Assembly: GCA_024704765.1 (NCBI GenBank)
Contig: JAKMXF010000066.1
Coordinates: 310,001-374,000, forward strand
DNA from: Oopsacas minuta
Lineage: Eukaryota; Animalia; Porifera
Direction: 5' to 3'
Length of the DNA stretch: 64,000 bases
A program made the position numbers and the translations under genes. Below the pieces are notes generated by a model. That model saw nothing but the letters and a program-made list of their open reading frames with translations. It was not told the DNA's origin and ran no database searches. Below are positions 36,214 to 50,600 of this stretch, piece by piece. Positions within the stretch are counted from its first letter, which is position 1; every line of letters begins with the position of its first letter.

Positions 36214-38481
36214 ATGTATCAAATTCCACAAAGAAAACCCCTTACCCCAGATTTACATGGTAGTAACAAAAACTTTTTCACAAACAGAAATTATTCAAAT
36301 CCTGAAACGACAAAACCCAAAATTCGAACAAGTTTTACAATGAAACTTAAAGCTATTCTCAAACCACAGTCTGCATCTTCTCGTGTGCCTAAAGCTACTC
36401 GTACACCCTCTGGGAAGAAAGTAACTTGGAATTTGGATGAGGAACAAGTACAACCAGGAGAGTCAAATGTTGCAGAAGTAGAAGCATGGCCTTCTCCAGA
36501 TACCAAGGAAGATGCAGTTGAACCGGTTTCTAAGGAACATGGTAGTTATGTAATGTTACCAGGTATAAGTAGTGATGAAGACACCACCCCAACTCACGTA
36601 TCTCATCACAGACAAGATAATATTTACGAACCGATTATCCCTATCCACACCAGAACCTTGAATCCATTGAGAGCAGCTACATACCTTCCTAAAGTTTCAC
36701 ACAGACAAAGTTCTTCACTTCCAAGCGCAGAAACTCCAAATGAAAATCAGGTTTTAGATCATAAAAGATTTTCAAGTTTGGATTATTTAGAAGAAGAAAA
36801 GTTGAGTTACGAAAATCATCAAGAAGCGCCATGGTACAAAAAAGCTAATGTTGATTGGACCAAGAATAGATTGAAACCTGGTAGTGTTACAAAGCCAGTA
36901 CGATTTGACCTCAACTCTTGGTCAGAGAAGGAAAGAAATCATTCAATTTTAGATGATCTTTCACAGTTTCTTGATGAAAACACGGATTCGGCTGCATCGA
37001 ACAAGCGAATATCATTTCCTCCTGATGACCAAATATCTACAATTGAAAGTGATGTTTCTAGTGTTAATACATTTTTTGAGAATGAAGATCGAATTGTAAA
37101 TACAGAATTGCTACCGTTTTTGTACGAAACTCCTCTGCAATACCAGCCCTATACATCTACACTATCAAGCGCCTACAACACAATACTACCTCCATTGCAA
37201 CATCAACCTCCACGCAAATATCAAGAAAACTATATTATACTTCCAATGCAGAGTTATACAATAAGTACAGTTTGTGAGGTTACGTTTTCTAGTCAAATAA
37301 CTTTACTGCTCTCTGACTCACTAACAGAAATTACCTTTGAAACTAACGAAACTCCGTCCACACCAACCATAACGAAAAAAGAATCCCCCACAATTTATGA
37401 ATTATCAGATAGACAGTGTCCTCCTTTATATATTAACACCTCAACTTCCTTACCGCACCTAAACTGTGTTACCAAATCAAATCCTCGTATGAGCTATAGG
37501 CAAATGAGTCAAGAAGGCAAAAACACTACGCTTCCACGAGCGAATCGATCTCATCGATCTCGTTATGAACACTTTACAAATGAAGAATCTATTTGGACCA
37601 AACATAATTCGGTTCAACCAGTAGAAATGTGTGTCACTCCATCCAGTGGATCTGACCCTTACCTAGCATGCGATAAATCCACTGGACAAATGATTTCTCC
37701 CAATCTCAAACGGGTGCCATTCAGACGCGGGCATTTAGAGAAAAATCATCCACCAATGAAATCAACATCATTCTCACATCTGTACACAAGCTGCAACCAC
37801 CCACCATCGAGACCAGTAGGGTCCCTAAAATGCAGCTATTCAGCAAGTTGTGTTAGAGATGAACACCAGCAGAATCCAAGTTCTTACGTATGCTACACGG
37901 CTCATGACGCTACTCCAGCATATATAGCACAAGAATCACAGAGACCATATATGAATATAGACATAGAACAAATGAATCGTTACTGTATGCTAGGAGGGGA
38001 TGAGGATTTGAACATTGGTTATAGAGCTCCACCGCGATATTTCACACCTCATGCAATAGGAGTTTGCTCGGAATGCAAAGAATACATCTACCCAGCTCCT
38101 TGTCAACCCGTTAGAATAAATAAAAGAATATTCCATCCTGATTGTTTCAAGTGCACAGATTGCTATTCACTTCTACATGTATTGTCTTATCAAGAAGTTC
38201 AAGGCAAATTCTACTGTCTACGTGATTTCAAGAGACATATTGATTGTTATGTTTGTAAACAACCGCTTGCTGCTTATAGAGGAAGAGAAAGCCCTGTTAA
38301 TATATATGACAAGTTCTTTCACCCACAATGCTATCGCTGTACTTCATGCAGTACACAAAATCAGAAATTATCATTTGACGGAAGATGGCTACTTTGTATT
38401 CACTGTACACAAGCCAGACGTCAACAAACTATAAAGCCAACTCAATTAAAACCAAGGGTCACACTCGTCACTCTTCTTTAA
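36214..38481 (+). CDS. Intronless protein with a long low-complexity N-terminus and two C-terminal LIM domains
   Basis: First in-frame ATG at 36214. LIM1: CSEC...FHPDCFKCTDC...YCLRD. LIM2: CYVC...FHPQCYRCTSC...CIHC. Confidence 0.85.
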   Translation: MYQIPQRKPLTPDLHGSNKNFFTNRNYSNPETTKPKIRTSFTMKLKAILKPQSASSRVPKATRTPSGKKVTWNLDEEQVQPGESNVAEVEAWPSPDTKEDAVEPVSKEHGSYVMLPGISSDEDTTPTHVSHHRQDNIYEPIIPIHTRTLNPLRAATYLPKVSHRQSSSLPSAETPNENQVLDHKRFSSLDYLEEEKLSYENHQEAPWYKKANVDWTKNRLKPGSVTKPVRFDLNSWSEKERNHSILDDLSQFLDENTDSAASNKRISFPPDDQISTIESDVSSVNTFFENEDRIVNTELLPFLYETPLQYQPYTSTLSSAYNTILPPLQHQPPRKYQENYIILPMQSYTISTVCEVTFSSQITLLLSDSLTEITFETNETPSTPTITKKESPTIYELSDRQCPPLYINTSTSLPHLNCVTKSNPRMSYRQMSQEGKNTTLPRANRSHRSRYEHFTNEESIWTKHNSVQPVEMCVTPSSGSDPYLACDKSTGQMISPNLKRVPFRRGHLEKNHPPMKSTSFSHLYTSCNHPPSRPVGSLKCSYSASCVRDEHQQNPSSYVCYTAHDATPAYIAQESQRPYMNIDIEQMNRYCMLGGDEDLNIGYRAPPRYFTPHAIGVCSECKEYIYPAPCQPVRINKRIFHPDCFKCTDCYSLLHVLSYQEVQGKFYCLRDFKRHIDCYVCKQPLAAYRGRESPVNIYDKFFHPQCYRCTSCSTQNQKLSFDGRWLLCIHCTQARRQQTIKPTQLKPRVTLVTLL

Positions 38482-40835
38482 TGTATTTCTCGAATGCTTC
38501 AACATTACAACACTCATCTCTCAATTTCTAAGCTATAAATTTTAATTTTTATAAAAGTATGGAATTTATTATACTTTATTATTCTATTATTAGAATGGAA
38601 CTAAATCGCTTTTGAATTGCAAATACCGATGAAAAAATATGTTACGGTTTGGGGCCATATTGTATAATTCGGGACACTCGATATAAATAGATATTTCGAA
38701 TTTTGAATTTATATATCTGAGTTGGATATAACGGGATTTGACTGTAGCAGGTATATTATGCCAGCAAGATTATAATTTATGCAAAGCTAAGCCTTGTAAT
38801 AATACTTTTAGACAGACTTAAATTGCGTTTGAGATAGAACAGACAGTCTAATTATTACTATAATATCTCTTGGAAAATCCTACATAAAATAGCAATAATG
38901 ATTCTACGCAGCAACAGACAATAAGTATATCAGAAATTATGTTTAATTCCATTTAATAGCAATTGGGTGATATCTATCCAGTAATAATCATAATGCATTA
39001 CTCAAACAAGACAATCTGGTGTTAATAATAGCCAATAATTGTGTGTTTGTGTGGAAGTTAGAAAATGTACCTGAAATCCCGGGTTTAATTAGCACCGGGG
39101 GCAAAAGCTGTACTCGCAATTTGTGGTAAATTTAGTGATCAACATTTCATTGTTAAAAGATGTTTACGGAAATTATCAAAGAAAGTTGAAAATAAAAGCA
39201 ATCACTATTCAAAACGTATACACAAATTTTCCATTATTCGTATAAGATAATTATTAATAATAAAACGAATAATAATCAACCAAACTGTGTTGCAATATAT
39301 TGTTATATTCTGTGTAAACAAATTAAGTATTAGCAACTCAATGAATTAACCAGAAGATAAGAATTGAAAGATTATATTATGTACAGAAAAGGTTATACAA
39401 AAGTACACTTCCTTTTTGTTAAGATTTCCATAAATAATTATCTCAAATTGTAAATGTATATCTGTTAGGAGGGTTTGTGGCTTATGGCAATATTGGTACA
39501 TACACTTCTTTGGGTTTATCGTTATAAATCATTGCGGGACATATATACTAAGATATTAATGTATTTCGTATGTCTGCAACACTCTGCATAGATGAAAGTT
39601 GAATTAAAAATTCATTTGAACGCAGTACTATCTCCTGCAAATTAACTTATACCCACTCGTAACGAATAAGATAAATCATAAATGTATTAATCAACGGTTA
39701 GTGCAGTCAACTTGGTGAATTAGTGTTCAACACTACAGCTGAATAAAGTGCATAATAGAAGGATTAATTATTTGACTTACACCGAAAATATACATATGCG
39801 ATATCGCGGATTTCTGCATGTCTACAGAATAATTGAAAGCAAACTATGTGACGGCACAACGATTTGAAAAAGAGCTTTCAATGCTAACTTGGAGATCCAG
39901 GTGTAAATAACAAAAGGCTGTTATGAATATTATTAATAAATGTTTGCATGGATATAGAGAAATTTGGGATTGAATATAGCATGCTTAAGAACCAAAATTG
40001 ATAAAATCTGACAATTTTTGTACTAAAGAAATTAATGAATAATTAGCCGAAAAATACCAAAAATGAATTGAAAGACAGTAAAACAACCAAATAGAGGGGA
40101 AAAGAAATACAGTAGAGTCCGCTTAAGCAATCATAATCTATACTATACTAAAATTTCGTCAGTCGATGACAATATATTTGAATTATTACTTCATATAAAT
40201 GTGTAAAGCCAATTAAATAAGTAATACAGCATAAACATATGATAATAACAGGCAACCTTAGATTATTATTATCTCAGAAATAAATCTTCACTCATAAATT
40301 AACAAAATATGACGTATGACAAGAAAGTAATATATATTATCAGGCCTCTGATTAGAAGTAAAGTCATGAATTAGAATCACAAGAAAAGACAATTTCTAAT
40401 GCGCGATTACTTACTCAAATCAAACAATGAATTTCGTATACTTCTGCCAAATCATTGGATGTATTGCTCAAGAGATATCGTTTGAATAAGTTTCAAATCA
40501 ACTCCACCTTTTACAGGAGATATGAAACCTTATACGTACCCAAATATTGTGATAACTTATACTTATAATTGCTAAAATATGCTATGAGATATCTCTAACA
40601 TTCACAAAGCATGGCAAAATCTAAGTTCAATGAAAATATTACGTGAAAAGTTTTCCTATCCGATTCTATTAAATTGCAGATAGTTCAAGCACATGTCTCT
40701 ATTGATTCAATGATAATACTGGATAGTATCCCACCCTCTGGTAAGGCGATATCTGAAAGTATAGTGTATTTCATAGTAGGTTTATCCTATTGGAATAAAA
40801 CTGATCCTCTAGTGCTGGTCTCATATATTGTATCC

Positions 40836-42918
40836 ATGAATATGCTACTACAGCTACTAGCAGTACTCGTGTCATTGAGTGTTACATCACCTGCATTTAT
40901 ACCGGAGCTATACCAAGGTATTGGGCCGGTATTGTTCCCTGATACGTTGAGTTCGCAGTGTAGTGGGGTAGATAATGTGATTCCGCCATTCACTGGTAAG
41001 CCTACATTCGTGAAAAAGGTCGATAACGGTGCTCTATTCAAGATACAGACAAACACTTCAAATCTCCACATAATGCATGTATTTGGTACTCCCTATCAAA
41101 TGGGTTATGCACATGGCAAGCTACTAACCGAGGAAATGAAGACTATATTGGATCAATTTGATAAGCATCTGGTCCAGGAGGGAGAGGCAATTCTACCCAA
41201 AATTAGATCAAATTGGTTGAAGAAAGCTGAAGATTTCTTAGTGAATCAAACCATCGATGAGCTTCTCGACTTAACCTATGACACAACATCCGTCTTCTTC
41301 AATAAAACAGCTCCGTATTGGGAGCAGGAATTACAGGGCATATCAGATGCTAGCGGGATCAGTATAGTTATGCTAAGACGTATGCACATGATACCAGAGC
41401 TATTCAAAGCTAAATGCTCTATGGTAGGAGGATGGGGTGAGGCTGTGAAAGAGAAAGATGAGTTGTATCAGCTGAGAGCTCTAGACTGGGATACAGACGG
41501 GGGATTACAGAGATATCCTATAGTGATTGTATATCATCCAAATAAGGACAACGGACATGACTTCAGTACACTGACATGGCCAGGACTCATAGGTGCAATT
41601 ACAGGGATGTCATCTGCTGGTGAGTTATATAATAATTTAGCTTAACTTAACTAATATTAAGAGATGTTGCATACCTTTTCGGAGTAAGGAGTTTAGATAA
41701 ATTTTGGATTTTCCGAAGGCCTCATTACTTCTTAATGACAAACGCAAACAGTAAATCTAGTTTGGTAAACACTTATATCAAAGATACTGATATCAATGTA
41801 CGAAGTTTACAATGACGCTCTCTACATGATAAATGCAATTAGAAGGACTCAGTAGTAGAGACTGGTTAGGTTATCACTTGTATGTTGTAACTCCCAGAAG
41901 TAGTGACTAATGTAAATATGAAAGAAGTTGAGAGATAACAATAATTACCAATTAAATAATTAAAGTACAAAAGATGGATTAGAATAATTATACTCTGAAA
42001 CAGAGAGTGCTATTATCACACAAGTTGAATATATGTAGTTAATTCCAGTAAATTCTAAGAATGTTATCTTCAATTTGAGACATAGATTTTTGTAGCTCAA
42101 GTAAGTAACATTTAGATGAACTACAGAAATTAGTTTAAGAACCGAGTAAGCGCCACTCAAATAAACGCAAGGGGCTCTGTATGAGAGAGAATGTTCAAGG
42201 AAATACGGAAAATTTAGATTCGCTCAAATAAACTTGAAATCGAATTGAGGATTTCAAATTACATTTTAACCGTCTCAAAGAATTTTAATAATTATGGTTA
42301 GTGGAATTAATGCAAATATTCCCTCTCATAGGCTTGGCTATCTCAGAAATAGGAGCTGACATACCATTCGGAGAAGAATCAAGAATAGGATACCCATTCT
42401 TCTTCCTATTACGAGACATCCTCCAGTTTGATAACAAACGGGAAGATGCGCTAAAAAGAATGAAGAATTCTTACAGAACTTGCTCAATTTGGGTGGGAGT
42501 GGGAGACAGGAATGAATTAGCATTTAACATAACACAATACTCGTACTCAACATGTAATGTATTAGATGACGTCACTGTTGCTAAAGTAGACCCAAAACGC
42601 ATGATACGTGAAGGTTGCGCTGGCGATTGTATCACCAATTATTTCGCAGAAAATGTAGCTTATTGGGGAATACACTTAGGATGCTGGCAGGAAGAAATCG
42701 CGAAAAATAAAAAAGACATTAATGTGGAAAGTATAATAAAAATGGTAGGCAGAGTCAAAACAGGGAACTTACATATAGCAGTATATGACCATAAACAATT
42801 CAAGATGTATGTGGCTAATGCAAAACCTGATTCAGCTGAATTGGTTGGAAGTAATAATGCATATGACCAGCAGTTTATACAGCTAGATATGCCGACTCTA
42901 TTCAAATACCGTATATAA
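40836..42918 (+). CDS. Secreted Ntn-hydrolase, peptidase C45 / acid-ceramidase-like; exons 40836-41619 and 42332-42918
   Basis: Signal-like MNMLLQLLAVLVSLSVTS. Motifs GTPYQMGYAHGKLL, WEQELQGISDASG, putative autocleavage nucleophile K|CSMVG, RALDWD, and GAITGMSSA|GLAISEIG across a phase-1 GT-AG intron. Confidence 0.82.
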
Positions 42919-44649
42919 TTTAGTATTTTATGGGGGATTTTATCGTATTTATTCATGTATTCAAATATTATTAGTGGTTACATGTGTTTGCTTACAGAAA
43001 TACATATATTAATTTTGTAGATTAGTAGGAGTGTGTATTATAATGTATATGATGATAATGTATCCACCTGGCTCAATTAAACAGCTTACACGATCGTTGT
43101 TCATCGCTTTTAATAGATGGATAAATATACAATAACTGCCTCAGCAGATATAACTCTCATTATAATGGAATAGAAGCAATTACTCACAATATATAGGGGG
43201 TAAAGAATCACTACGTTATAACCAGTTTCTTTAATCCTACTCGGCTATAACGGGTGTTTACTGTACGTATGTGAGTATTGTTGTGGATAATTAGTATAAT
43301 GTCTGTATTGCGGAAGGAATTAGAATAGATAAATCTTTATACAAATTTCCATATACTATTATAATGTGAATTATGTGGAATCATAATATTCCTTAATTAG
43401 GACAAACACTTAATTAATTGGCAAATAGAATAATAGAATGAATCAACTATTTTAATATCAAAGATTCAGATGTTTGGAAAGAAATAACTGGGAAGAGTGT
43501 AGCAAGCATTATACTACATTAATAAAAGTAATCTTATTATACAAGGAAATATTCTGAAAAAAACTTGAGTCCTGCCATCCCATGGGCATAAGCCCCATAA
43601 GAACCCAACATATGTACCTCGTTTGTCACTACAATTCTTCCATAAATAACCACAATTCGAAATAAAATTCTAAAAACCAAACTAATCTCAATTGCATCAG
43701 GTGAGTTGGGTAATTAGCATAAGGATATAATCCTCAAACATTATATTATGCTTACTTTACGTATTAACTAGAACATCTGCTGCTGTGACCAAATTACACG
43801 AATATATGCCACATTGGAAAATGGATTCAAGCTATGATAATTACAGCAGGCCATACATTGCAGAAAGTATTATACAATAGAACCTCTGAGATCTGTGCAG
43901 TCTCGTCCATAAGGAAATTAGCTAAATTTAAAATATATTTCGAACTTTTGGAAAATTGTGCACGGATCTGGAGGTCTGACTATAATTATGATATAAGTTA
44001 GTATAAAATACTGTCTTAATCATAATAATGCAAGATTAGCTAGTAACATGAGCATGAATATTTTTGGTGCCAAGATAGTTTAAAGGTATGTTGCCTAACC
44101 AGGAGTACAATGATATGCCAATTTTGTACTAGTAAATACGTAATTCAGTATTACAAATGGTGCTAAGATAAACATTTGTGAAGTGGATAAACTGCACAGA
44201 CACTGATGCTATAGCATGATTTTTATCATCTAAAATGGAAACATAAATTCATAGGAAGTTGCGAAACCTGCTGACATGAACACAATAGGTTAGTTAACAT
44301 ACAACTGTGAAAATATATATTTTGAATATAAAATTCATAAACCCAGGCTAACCAAATAGATGGGACAAAATCAATCAAATACGATTTGTAATACAAAGAT
44401 AATTCCCTTAAAATTCCTCAATTATTTCTAATAAATATATGTATAATTATCTCATTATTACCCAATACCAATATAATAACCAATAGACTGAACAATATAG
44501 TAATAACGTAATAGGAGAATGATATACCCACAATATTTGAATAAGCAATTCTAGAAATGAGCAAATACGATAGAAATAAGTAAGCTATAAAAGTAAACAA
44601 TTCTATACGAGTCTCTAGGACGGTGACTACGCTATGAACTAATATGAGA

Positions 44650-47600
44650 CTAGTAAGGTTTGACACGTCGGGGACCTCCACCACGTGGCTGGCCTCTGTC
44701 GCCACCACCTACAAGGATAAATTACAAATATTAGAATACAGTGGATGACAGTTATAAGAACACCAGATATAAGAACATGTCGAATGAATATAAGCACCAT
44801 CCTCTGTGGATAACGGTTCTCATATATCCAGTATATTTCATGCGGGATATAAGATATATTGCTACTCCCAGGGCGTTCTTATATCCGGAACCTACTGCAG
44901 TAACAACTCCTGTTCCTGTCAATAACATTATAATATTGAATGAAGAAGGACAAAATTAACTAGCAAATACTTTCTATTTTGTCTATAATTGTAAAGATTG
45001 TTATATGTACAAAAGTATATTCTACCTAACTTTATAAAGTAGAATTAACATTAATGTGGTCTATGGAACCGCTATATTGAGTCGTATTAATGGTTGATAT
45101 GTATACATCCAATAGTAAATAAATAAGAATACAAGACACCCGAAGTGTTCGCGAGCTGCGGGGCGGAAGTAAGGGATTCTAGCTTGTAACAAACAATTAT
45201 CTGACAAAGCAAAGGAGTTATTAAATACCGCCATTAATACAGCATTAAGTAGAACGGATATAGATGCAAACAAAACAAAGGAACACATCACTCCAACATA
45301 ACAATCACAAAGCCATCAAGAATGTGCAAAGAACAGAATACTGTTCATATAATTCTAATACGCATTACATTGTGTGTATAGCATGACATGATGAATAGTG
45401 ATTATACAATGCAATATGTCATAGTTACTGACATGAGACTATGAAACGCACTTCGAAGTGTCGTCTGTTATCATCACATCATTTATTGTATATTAAGTAA
45501 ACAACTTGAGATACCTCATAAACTGAGAAAGTAACACTGGTCTGTTGTTATTGTCAATCTACCTCATAATTAGATATTCACGTAATTAGTTTGCATATAA
45601 ACTTCCGCTTAGATGCAATAAATATTTAGAATACATAAACAATGATACGACAATGATCTCAGTTAATTGTGCTCTCTAAGCATAGGGTGTCTCAAAATAA
45701 GTGGATGGATAAATAGGTACCCTCAGTCGTAAATATCAGGATGAAGCACAAGGCATGTGGAATTGTATAACTGCAATCGATGAGCGATTTCTTGAAAATC
45801 ACATTGTAAACATCATCGTATTATTCGTATATAATTATTATAAATAAAGTCGGTGATTCCAATAAATAATTCCCATAGCGTTGGTAAAATAAACACAGTA
45901 TACTACTTTCTTACCAAAAAATGATTTACCATTCATTATACAAAATATATTTAGTACTTTGTAATTTTCTTGGGAACATCCTATCCGAGTTCTACTGTAT
46001 GTTATATTTAAGGAGCATGATTGTAAACACTATTTTTTAGTTTTTGTGAGGATTCACAAAAAACGGTAGGATAATGCTGTAGACTCCACTTAATAGGGTC
46101 ACATCGGACCAGGTTCTATTGACCCGATTAAGCGGATTAAAACCAGAATACTTTAACACTATTTTTATGGTTCTGTTTCTGGCAAGTGACCCGATAAACT
46201 CTTGTTCTATTAAGCGTAGTCTATTGAATACTGATTACTGGATCAGCCCACAAATTGGAATAAATATTATAGGATGAGTAAAAAAATTCTCACCTCTAGG
46301 GTAATATCCTCTACCACCCCCTCCTCGTTGCATACCACCTCTACCTCTACTGTAACCACCTCCACCGCGGAACTTAGGAGATCTCGGAGGACCATCTCCA
46401 CCTCTACTGAAGTCTGGACCATCCATTCCTCTGGGGATACCATACTCGGTAGGGGGTCCAAAATCTTGTCCGTCACCGCCTACAATGAAATTTCAGATAA
46501 ATTGAATTTGAAAGAATGCATAGAAAATTGCTATATTGAGTCTATCATCATTTGGTTTAGTATTCGCATTTTGCAGCGAATACTATACCATAATGATGAT
46601 GATAGATTGAGATAGTACAAATATCAGTATAACTAGCGTATGCTTTATCAGCAATTAATTAGACTGACTAGAGAAGCAATTAGAACTAGCTAATAGCACA
46701 AATCCACATATTCATGTAACATAAACACAATAGAGGTTACAAGCCTGTTTAGATATTAGGAAATGAGTATGTTTTAATGGAGCGGAACAACCACACATGT
46801 GGATACATGATACTTGCGAATAACTTACTTTTCGGGGTATGACATCTGTTACATTCAGTACGTCTAGCAAAATTAGAATTTTGACAATTGGGGCAAATCC
46901 AGTCACCTTCTCCAGGTCCGCCACCCCCGCCACCTCTACCACCGTCTCTACCACCCCTAAAGCAAATGAGAAATGCTGAAAATACTAGGACAGCATTACT
47001 ACCACAATAATGAAGATGTATTTAATATTCTGCTGAAGTTCCTTACTTACCTGTAGTCATTAACTATAATTGTACTTTTGATTAAAACAAAAAATAAGCA
47101 TGCAATGATACAGGAACCAAAAATATGATAAATCTAATTTTGTTATGAAGTAAGATATTTCAAAAGTAGTCATGTAAGTACATACGAATATGAGACGAAG
47201 CAAATTCAAAACGATGCTGGAATGAAGCAAAATTTTGTTCATTAAACTATTACGTAGTAATATATGTCTAACGATCTTACTCAGATATTGAGTTAGTGAG
47301 GATACGGGAAATACAACACCAAATCGGAACAAAGAAGTTTTAATCAAAACTAATTAAAATGCTATTATTATTAACTAGCACAATTTCTGTGAATTATGGA
47401 ACACAACTGGTTTTTAGAATGAAGATACAATAGCGTAGAGTCACCGTATCCGTGTCTCACTTCATATCCAAAACGCAAACAGCTATCTTTCCCAGAATAA
47501 GCACACATACTTAGCAGAATTCAAATGTATATGATATAATTTTAATGAGTTATGATTGTATTACGTACAGCTGATACAGTTCTTTAATTCAGAGTTGATA

Positions 47601-50600
47601 TTCCCCGAATTTAACATTTTATACACTAGCTACAATATAGAAATATGGAATAAATTTCTCATCTTTCCAACAAGAAAGTAAATGGAATAAAATATATAAC
47701 GAGATGTTACCAGTGACCACAGGATGCATGAGTTCTATCCATAGATGAAGTGAGGGATTCCTCTGATTCAGATAAGATATGTATCAGAATAGATATAATT
47801 ATGGTATAGGTGATAATAGCCTCTGGCTATGGGTAACACCATATTAATAATATCCTTATCCATTTCTTCGAATCATTAAGACAATTTGGAAAATGAGCTT
47901 ACGGTATTTGAGAAATGTTTTCTGTACGTATGTAGTAGTGATTTATATAATATTTGTGACGAATATTATCCTGTTTCGTACAATTTTACACACTCATAGA
48001 CTGAGTTATAGCTTTTAGTGGCTATTAATAGCATACAGTTATGGCTGTTGCATAAATGTAAGATATCATTACAATGAACTCAGTGTAATTATCTAGTGTA
48101 ATCCTTACGACCTGACGGGGTGTATAACAATTCTAAGTAGAGAGGCAGGTCTTAGGCTGTAATGATGAATAGTGCAACATATGATTAGTATAAATAGAGA
48201 ATATTGAAATACCATGAGGTAACTGATAAGATAATCGAATGGAGATAGCATAGATTCATATGGGAGTGTTTCTTATAATATCCATCTGCATTTAGGTTAA
48301 ACAGATTACACTACTATGTGATAACACATAATATATTGTAGAATAGTGATAGAGCCAAACTGTCTATAACGGGATACAATTGGATTGCTAATAAGGGTGT
48401 TGGTAACATAGGGCCGATTCATGATACAATTGTTATATTTACTAGTTGAGTTGTATCGGCAATTGAGTGACACAAAATTCCGACCCTTAACTCAAATTAT
48501 ATCAAATATGTTACTGCCCAGAAATACCTGGATAAAACCCATATTCTCGGGAATATGATACGTTTCTTGGTCTTTCATCAACAAAAAGTATTACTGAACT
48601 TTGTTTGTGGTGAAAGAATTATCGATTTGAAAATTCATCTAATAATGCTCTTACAAAACTATTATACTAATGAGCTATGAGTGGATGATTAGGTTAATAA
48701 AATTAATTAGAATAATTCAGTCTATCTTAAAGATGAATTTACAGAAGTATAGTAAATTCAATGATGACATTTTGAACTTTTATCAGCACTAAGGGTGATT
48801 TGATTATAATAGTTCTGTTAGCGAAAGAATATCCAGTATATCTCAATGATAATTACTTGTTAATTATGTAAATGTACTACACGTCATTTAATTAGCAGGA
48901 ATAGAATGATGTACTATGCTGTAATGAACAAGTAACCATGGATAATAAGAGCATAGTATTCCAAGATTTCGAACGTATATTGATACAGTTAGAGATCGCT
49001 AGAGGCGAGCCAAGGTATTAAAATCTTATAATTACGACTGAAAAATATCCATACATTTGTAATAATCATAACCATTATAATATGTTATAAACATTCAGGG
49101 TAAACCTACAGAAAACGGGTTATGAAAACAACTTCAAAGCCAATGAAAACACACATATATGTCTACACATGTTAGTGAGAGCATTAATAGAAGTAATTAT
49201 TTAACATAACGTTTTGGTGGAGTATACACCACTAACTTTTCATCAAAGTTAATTAAATAGAAATATAATTAATGCATGGATTTGACATCAAATTAATACA
49301 CCAGTTAGAAAACAGATCAGTTAATATATGTATTAACATATTGAAGTGATAACTTGATTAGAATTAATAGAGTAATTACATATAAAGTAGTGCATTAAGC
49401 TAGGTGGATAAGTATATGCAACGTGGACAAATGTGTTACTTACAACTTCAATTGTTTCGGCATATTAACTATGATAATAAACTGTAAAATTGGCAAGGCA
49501 GGGACGTAACTAGTATTGAGGCAGAGGATGGAATTACCTCCTCGCCTTTTCACCCTTTGCATAATGTTTCTATTGTAATAGCTATTTTAATGAGGTAAAT
49601 AGTCATCATAGCCGTCTAGCTCTGAGATATCTAATTACGTCATAGTAACGTATTCTTAATCTACAAGTATACTAGTAGTATAATAATTATATCTCACCTT
49701 CCTCCTGGACCGCCTCTATGGAACCCTCCTCTACCAAAAAAATGGTCTCCACCACGTCCTCCTCTATCATCTCTCCTTCCTCTATCAGACATACGATTAG
49801 GCTGTTTATGATACAAACCAACTCTAATTGGGACATTCTTCAATTCTTTCCCATTGAACCAGTTAATAGCACTACTAGCAGTGAAAGGATCATCATATGT
49901 GATTAGTGCTTTCTCCCCTGAATCATGAATACGGATTAGTTCATTACCACGTCTATCTTTCTTGATTACTCCGATAACTTTGAACATTTCAGCTAAATCT
50001 TCTATTACAGTGTCTTTTGGAAGATCGAATATTTCAATAGTATCATTAGCAGGGTTTGCGTCTAAACAATGGATTATACAGCATCAATAGAAAAGGTATG
50101 TACAGTCAGCTCCCCTTATATCGAAGCTCAAGGGATCGCGAAAATTACTTCGATACAAGCAGAGTTCGATATAACCGAATAACCGATGGAAATTATGTTA
50201 CTTTGACTGTTTAAGACCAAATTAATACAATTTCTGACTTCGATATTAGCAGATACTGCGATATATCCATGTATTATATAACCTAAGATTACTGTCAGTA
50301 AGATAGACTATATATTACCTTGTCCAGGGTCATTGAAACGAGATCTGGACCTGTCATCTTCACCTCCCATATCTCGATCTCTACCACCGCCACCTCCTCG
50401 ATTGAATCTAGCAAACAAATATCAAACAAATAAATATTCATAGTTACGTATATTGATTATTGCTATACCTTGCAGGAGGTCTGTCCATACCCATTCTTTG
50501 ATTATGATCATAATGATCATCCTGACCGTATCTAGGTGGTCCTCTGTTGTCACCTGTAGAGGATGTATTATCCATGGTACAAATAAAATAATGTAACACT

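Noticed and set aside
36950-37250. EVH1-binding FPPPP motif in the LIM protein linking it to the neighbouring Ena/VASP
   Set aside because: Only FPPDD and LPPL are present, and neither fits the (F/L/W)PxPP consensus.
44741-44959. 72-aa plus-strand ORF as another nested gene
   Set aside because: It coincides with a MITE (44739-44897) that has inverted ends, so it is most likely a chance frame.
47700-48460. Possible nested gene or pseudogene in the 2.7-kb FET intron
   Set aside because: All six frames I read are interrupted by frequent stops, with no recognisable motif.
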